Part shown: positions 58,297-64,000 of the stretch, piece after piece | How positions within the stretch are numbered: the stretch's first letter is position 1 | Layout of the letters: every line of letters begins with the position of its first letter | Source: an uncultured Planctomycetaceae bacterium | GTDB taxonomy: Bacteria > Planctomycetota > Planctomycetia > Pirellulales > PALSA-1355 | NCBI GenBank assembly: GCA_963785305.1 | Contig: CAWAUV010000007.1 | Coordinates: 256,001-320,000, forward strand | Direction of reading: 5' to 3' | Length of the DNA stretch: 64,000 nt | Translations under genes and position numbers: made by a program | The notes under the pieces: generated by a model | Database searches by the model: none | Seen by the model: the letters and a program-made list of their open reading frames with translations, nothing else | Told to the model about the DNA's origin: nothing

Positions 58297-58627
58297 CGCA
58301 GACCTCGCGTAATTCGGCGCCACCGCGAATCCCCCGGAAGGGGATTGCAGTCAGTATAAGCTTATAAGCGTCGATCCGCCACGGCTCGATGCCTCGCCCG
58401 AAAAAGCGAGTCTCCGCGGATCGATCCCTTGCGCGGACTTCGCGGGGAGCCCGGCAAATGTGACAATCTGGCGGAATGCGAAGGCTCGCGGAGCGGGCAG
58501 CTTGCCACGCGGCGCATTTTTTGCCCCTTTCGCGGCGTCCACTCCTTGGACGGACTCGCAAATACCGCTAAATTCAATGGCTTGTTCCCAGCCGCCTCCG
58601 CCGCCATGTCGTGAGTCGAATTCCTTG

Positions 58628-61041
58628 ATGTTTAGAAGCCTCGGCAATTTCGTCGCCCGACATTGGCTCGCCGTGCTGGCCTGCTGGGTGGCGATCATGG
58701 TCGTCACGCACTGGTTCGCGCCGCGCTGGAACGACGTGATGCACGACGGCGATTTCGCCTATCTGCCGGCGAACATGCCGAGCGTCGAAGGCGAAACGAT
58801 GATGAGCCGCGCCTTTCCGGCTCAAAAGTCGAAAAGCTCGGTGGCGATCATCATCGCCCGGAGCGACTCGCGTCTCGGCCCCGCCGATCTCGATTGGTCC
58901 GACAAGCTCACGGAATACCTCGCTTCGCATCGCGAGGGGATGCCGATCGTCGATATCTGGAATCGGAACGTCGAGGTGGTGGGCGACAAGCTCATCAGCA
59001 AGCCCACGAAGGCCGGCCAAGCGACCGTGGTGCTCTTGCAATTAACCAATGAATTCACGGCCGCGGGCAATATCGTCGTAATCGATCGGCTGAAGGAGCT
59101 GATTCGCGATTTCACGAAGCAGTCGCCCCGGCCCAAGGGACTCGAGCTGGGCATTTCGGGCTCCGCCGCCCTGGGCGCCGACAATATCTCCTCGGCCAAC
59201 GAAAGCATTCGCAACACCGAGCGCACCACGGTGGTGCTCGTGGTGCTGATTCTGCTGCTCGTGTATCGTGCGCCGGTGCTGGTGGCGGCCCCGCTGGTGA
59301 CGATCGCCCTGTCGCTCTCGCTTTCCACCGATCTGCTCGCCGCGCTCACCCAGGTGGATCGCCTGCCGGGCTTCGAGTGGTGGAACTTCAAGATTTTCAC
59401 CACCACGCGAATATTCATCGTGGTGATTCTGTTCGGCGCGGGCACCGATTTCTGCTTGTTCCTCATTTCAAGATTTAAGGAAGAGCTCGACCACGGCCTG
59501 TTGGCCCGCGAGGCGATCATCGAATCGGTCGCCCAAGTCGGCGCGGCGCTGGTAGGCAGCGCGTTTACCACGATCTGCGGCCTGGGCATGCTGTTTTTCG
59601 CCAGCTTCGGCAAGTTCACCAACAGCGGCCCGGCGATCGCGCTCAGTTTGTTCATCACCCTGCTGGCGTGTTTGACGTTCGCGCCGGCGCTTTTGGTGGC
59701 GTTTGGCAATGGCGTGTTTTGGCCGTTTGCGTCGCGCCACGCCCGGCTGGTGTCGGCCCGCGTGACCGGCGACGCCGAGCGGCGGCAGATGCTCGGCCGG
59801 TTCTGGATTTGGGTGGGCGAGCTCGTCACGCGCCGACCGACGCCGATTCTGCTGGTCAGCGTGCTCCTGCTCACGCCGGTGGCGATCGCCGGCTGGGAAG
59901 TGCGCATCAGCTACGACCTGATCAACGAGCTCTCGCCCACGCGCGACAGCGTGAGAGGGGCGGCGCTCGCCAACAAGTTCTTTCCAGCCGGCGAAACCTC
60001 GCCGCTCACGATCCTCGCCCTGAGAGAAGACAAGCCCTTCAATACGAAAGAGGGCGAACGCGATATCTCCGATCTCTCGAAGATGTTCTATGGGTTCGAA
60101 TCGTCCACGGGCGAGGACGAGATCGTGAGCGTGCGCAGCTTGATGGAGCCGCTGGGCGATCGGCCGGGCTATGTGCAGCCCTTCTCCGCCGCCGGGCTCC
60201 GCCGTCTCACCGCGCGCAAACACAGCGCACCCGGGCGATGTTCCTCTCGCAGGCGCCGGGCCTTGAGAATCGGGTCACGCGGTTCGATCTGGTGATGCGC
60301 TACGAGCCGTTTTCCAGTGAAGCGATCGATCTAGTGAACCGCATCGACCAAAAGCTGATGGTGCTCTCGAAAGATCCGAACAGCCCCTGGCACGGCGCGA
60401 GCTTCGGCCTCCTGGGAACCACGGCCGGCATTCGTGACCTGAAGAGCGTGACCCAGAGCGATCAGACCCTCATTCAGCGGCTCGTGATCCTGGCGGTGCT
60501 CACGGTGCTGGTCATGATCTTGCGGCGGCCGATGATCTGCCTCTACCTGATCGTGTCGGTGGTGTTCAGCTACTGGGTAACGATCGGCGCGACGGAGCTG
60601 TTCTTCGAGTGGTTCTACGGCGCCAGTTTTCGTGGACTGGATTGGAAAGTCCCGCTGTTTCTGTTCGTGATCCTGATCGCCGTGGGCGAAGACTACAATA
60701 TCTATCTGGTTACTCGCGTTTTCGAGGAGCAGCAGCGCTATGGCCGCCTGGGGGGGCTCAGCCATGCCGTGGCCCGCACCGGGGGGATCATCACCAGTTG
60801 CGGGGTGATCATGGCGGGCACGTTTATCTCGATGATGAGCGGCACGCTGCGAGGCATGCTCGAGCTGGGGTTTGCCCTGTCGCTGGGCGTGATGCTCGAC
60901 ACCTGCGTGGTGCGACCGATTCTCGTGCCGGCGTTTTTGGCGCTGAGCTACCATGTGCTCGGCCACTTTCGCCGCGAAAAAGAGCCCACTGGTCCCGAGA
61001 ACCAGTCGTCGGCGCCGGAGCAGGCCCTCATCGAGCGGTGA
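58628..61041 (+). CDS. MMPL-family (RND) transporter; frameshift near 60225
   Basis: [15 protein letters not shown] and [13 protein letters not shown] in the two halves. Confidence 0.92.
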
Positions 61042-61387
61042 GCGGTGATTTGTCGAACGATGACCTGTCGATCGGCGAAGCGTCGAATATTGCAAAGTAT
61101 TGAAGCGCGGCCGTGATCAGGGGGAGTCAAGCACCGCATGTTTCCTCGCTCGCGCGTTGCGTGAGTCCGCATCATGCGCCGGCGACCATTGAGTTGCCCG
61201 CGCGAACCGTAAATTATGCCATGATCCGCGGCATGGATGACAAACTTTTGCACAGTTTGCGGGCGGGAGTCGGTCGAAATCACAGCCGACACGGAGCGTG
61301 CAAAATAGCGCCAAAAATTTTAAGTGTCTGCGGGGTTGAAGCTTCGATACATCGAAGCTGGCGCCGACTCGCTATCGCCGGAAATTT

Positions 61388-61403
61388 GGGTATGGTGTTT
61401 GCG
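61388..61403 (+). promoter_or_regulatory. Putative sigma54 promoter of glutamine synthetase
   Basis: GGGTATGGTGTTTGCG = GG-N10-GC; TTTTGCAC/GTGCAAAA half-sites at about 61247-61305 resemble NtrC boxes. Confidence 0.45.
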
Positions 61404-61480
61404 TAGTGGGGGGGGCTTCGGCGCCGCGGTGCGCCTGCCAGAATCAGCAAAGCATTCGTCTCTTTGAGGAGCACACGACC

Positions 61481-63655
61481 TTGACAAGCACACGTTCGGA
61501 AGCCGTAGCAGCGGCGTTGAATTACAAGCCCAATGGGCACGCCGTCAATTTCAAGGGGACACCGGCCGGCGAATTGTTCGGCGAGAATGTCTTCACGGAC
61601 AAAGTCATGCGTGATCGTTTGGCGAAGCCGGTGTACAAGGCTTTGCAGAAGACGATCAAATTCGGCGAAAAGCTCGATCCGGTGGTGGCCGACGCCGTGG
61701 CCGTGGCCATGAAAGACTGGGCGCTCGAAAAAGGCGCGACCCACTATTGCCACGTGTTCCACCCCCTGACCGGCATCACCGCCGAAAAACACGACAGCTT
61801 CCTATCCCCCACCGGCGATGGTCGCGCGATCGCCGAATTCGGCGGCAAGGAGCTCGTGCAGGGCGAGCCCGACGCCTCGAGCTTCCCCTCGGGCGGCATC
61901 CGCTCGACATTCGAAGCCCGCGGCTACACGGTCTGGGACCCGAGCAGCCCGGCCTATTTGCTCGAAATCGCCAACGGCTCGACCTTGTGCATTCCCACGG
62001 CGTATTGCTCGTGGACCGGCGAAGCGCTCGACAAGAAGACGCCGCTGCTGCGCTCGATGCAGGCGCTGAACTTGCAGGCCCAGCGGATTTTGAAGCTGAT
62101 GGGGCATCACATTACCGATCCGGTCACGGCCTCGGCCGGTCCGGAGCAGGAATATTTCCTGATCGATCGCAATTTCTTCTTCGCCCGGCCCGATCTCGTG
62201 GCTTGCGGCCGCACGCTTTACGGCGCCAAGCCGCCCAAGGGCCAGGAGTTCGAGGACCACTATTTTGGCGTGATTCCCGACCGCGTGCTGAATTTCATGC
62301 TCGACGCCGAGCGGGAATTGTTCCGTTTGGGGGTGCCGGCCAAGACGCGTCACAACGAAGTGGCCCCCTCGCAACACGAGCTCGCGCCGCTTTATGAAAA
62401 CGCGAACCTCGCCACCGATCATCAGCAGACCGCGATGCTGGTGCTCCAAAAAACGGCCCAGAAGTACGGCATGAGCTGCCTGCTGCATGAAAAGCCGTTT
62501 GCCGGGGTGAACGGCTCGGGCAAGCACGTCAACTGGTCGTTTGGTTGCAGCCTGGGCAACTTGCTCGACCCGGGCGAGAGCCCCCACGAAAACGCCCAGT
62601 TCCTGCTCTTCTGCGCGGCGGTAATTCGCGCCGTGCATCTGCACGCCGATCTGTTGCGGGCCGTGGTGGCGTTTTCGCCCAACGATCATCGTCTGGGCGC
62701 CAACGAGGCCCCGCCGGCCATCATCTCGATCTTCCTCGGCGATCAGCTTTCCGACATTTTCGACACGATCGCCGGTGGTGGAGAGCATCCGACCAAGAAG
62801 ACCACGGCGATGAGCATCGGCGTCGACGTGCTGCCGAAGCTCGCCAAGCACACGACCGACCGCAACCGCACCAGCCCATTTGCCTTCACGGGCAACCGGT
62901 TCGAGTTCCGCGCCGTGGGCTCGTCGCAGTCGATCGCCGGATCGCTCGTGGCGCTCAACACGATCATGGCCGAGAGCTGCGACTTCGTGGCTACAGAGCT
63001 TGAGAAGATGGTCGGCTCGGATTCGTCGAAGCTGCCGGCCGCCATTCAAAAGGTGGTCGGACAACTGTGGAAGGAGCACAAGGCGATCGTGTTCAACGGC
63101 GACGGCTATTCGGAAGCTTGGCACGCCGAGGCCGAGAAGCGCGGTTTGCCCAACGCCAAGAACACCGTGGCCGCGCTGCCCGCGCTCGTGAGCAAGACGA
63201 ACGTTGCCATGTTCGAGAAATATGGCGTGCTCTCCTCACGCGAGTTGCACAGCCGCTACGACGCCTATGTCGAGCGCTACTGCAAGGATGTGAACACCGA
63301 GAGCCTCGCCGCGCTCAGTATCGCCAAGACGATGATTCTGCCGGCCGCTTTCCGCTACGAACGCGAGCTCGCCGAAATCGCGGCGTCGCTCAAGGCCGTG
63401 GGCAAGGACCCGCATCTCGACACGCTCGACATCCTGACCGGCCTGGTCAGCAAGTTCGAAGTCGAGATCAAGAAGCTCGAAAAGGCGATCGATCACGAAG
63501 CCTCGGGCGACCTCCTCGCGCACGCCAAGCACTTCTGCGTTGAAGTGCTGCCGGCGATGGCCGATGTTCGCAAGGTGGCCGATGAGCTCGAGACGATCGT
63601 GGCCGACGACCTCTGGCCGCTGCCGACCTATCGCGAGATGCTGTTCATCAAGTAA
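61481..63655 (+). CDS. glnA: Glutamine synthetase type III
   Basis: [61 protein letters not shown] start after GAGGAG. Confidence 0.96.
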   Translation: MTSTRSEAVAAALNYKPNGHAVNFKGTPAGELFGENVFTDKVMRDRLAKPVYKALQKTIKFGEKLDPVVADAVAVAMKDWALEKGATHYCHVFHPLTGITAEKHDSFLSPTGDGRAIAEFGGKELVQGEPDASSFPSGGIRSTFEARGYTVWDPSSPAYLLEIANGSTLCIPTAYCSWTGEALDKKTPLLRSMQALNLQAQRILKLMGHHITDPVTASAGPEQEYFLIDRNFFFARPDLVACGRTLYGAKPPKGQEFEDHYFGVIPDRVLNFMLDAERELFRLGVPAKTRHNEVAPSQHELAPLYENANLATDHQQTAMLVLQKTAQKYGMSCLLHEKPFAGVNGSGKHVNWSFGCSLGNLLDPGESPHENAQFLLFCAAVIRAVHLHADLLRAVVAFSPNDHRLGANEAPPAIISIFLGDQLSDIFDTIAGGGEHPTKKTTAMSIGVDVLPKLAKHTTDRNRTSPFAFTGNRFEFRAVGSSQSIAGSLVALNTIMAESCDFVATELEKMVGSDSSKLPAAIQKVVGQLWKEHKAIVFNGDGYSEAWHAEAEKRGLPNAKNTVAALPALVSKTNVAMFEKYGVLSSRELHSRYDAYVERYCKDVNTESLAALSIAKTMILPAAFRYERELAEIAASLKAVGKDPHLDTLDILTGLVSKFEVEIKKLEKAIDHEASGDLLAHAKHFCVEVLPAMADVRKVADELETIVADDLWPLPTYREMLFIK

Positions 63656-63700
63656 CACGGCTCGCGCGTTTGGCGCCTAATATTCAGCCCGGTGCTTTCG

Positions 63701-63739
63701 AGCCCCGCGAAGGGCGAAACCTTTCGCGGGGCTATTTTT
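63701..63739 (+). terminator. Intrinsic terminator after glutamine synthetase
   Basis: Stem AGCCCCGCGAA/TTCGCGGGGCT followed by ATTTTT. Confidence 0.8.
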
Positions 63740-64000
63740 GCGCCAGGCGCTGCTGCCCACATGGCGCCATCGAACGCCGCGCTGTTGAAGGCCGCGCCGG
63801 CCAACTCGCCGCCTTGCTACTATCGCCAGCAGGGCGTTTTTATTTGCCTAACCGATTCGGAGGGCGAATCCGTTTCAGTTTCGTCCGCTCGGTGGCCGAT
63901 CAACTCTACGTACGACATACAGCCGGCACAACCGTTATAAGCTTCCACGATCGGCCGAAATGGGGCTGTCGAGGGGCGCTTAAACTCGGCCGCTGGCATT

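Overview
High-GC bacterial chromosome segment, most likely from a Planctomycete (inferred from the DUF1592/DUF1552 pair, prenyltransferase-repeat proteins, an ECF sigma factor next to a giant PQQ-propeller protein, and type III glutamine synthetase). Roughly 30 single-base frameshifts split otherwise intact genes. I treat these as long-read indel errors and have joined ORF fragments accordingly, so joined coordinates are approximate. No rRNA, tRNA, CRISPR array, integrase or transposase was recognised. The main point of interest is a sulfur/cysteine nanocompartment locus (about 12.2-21.6 kb). It contains two tandem Family 2B (cNMP-domain) encapsulin shell genes that are essentially nucleotide-identical except for the start codon and C-terminal tail, and a SufS-type cysteine desulfurase cargo with a long Pro-rich N-terminal extension. 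It also contains a cysteine-dioxygenase-like cupin fused to an FAD/NAD(P)-binding oxidoreductase, and a divergent cysK-cysE pair. The leaders of both the encapsulin operon and cysK carry the same structured motif (ACGCTGACCGG-N4/5-CCGGAGGC...), which overlaps an intrinsic terminator in the cysK leader and is a candidate sulfur-responsive RNA switch. A second accessory islet (34.7-40.7 kb) holds an AbiEi/AbiEii type IV toxin-antitoxin pair divergent from a roughly 1370-aa XRE-HTH/nuclease-like protein with apparent operator palindromes.
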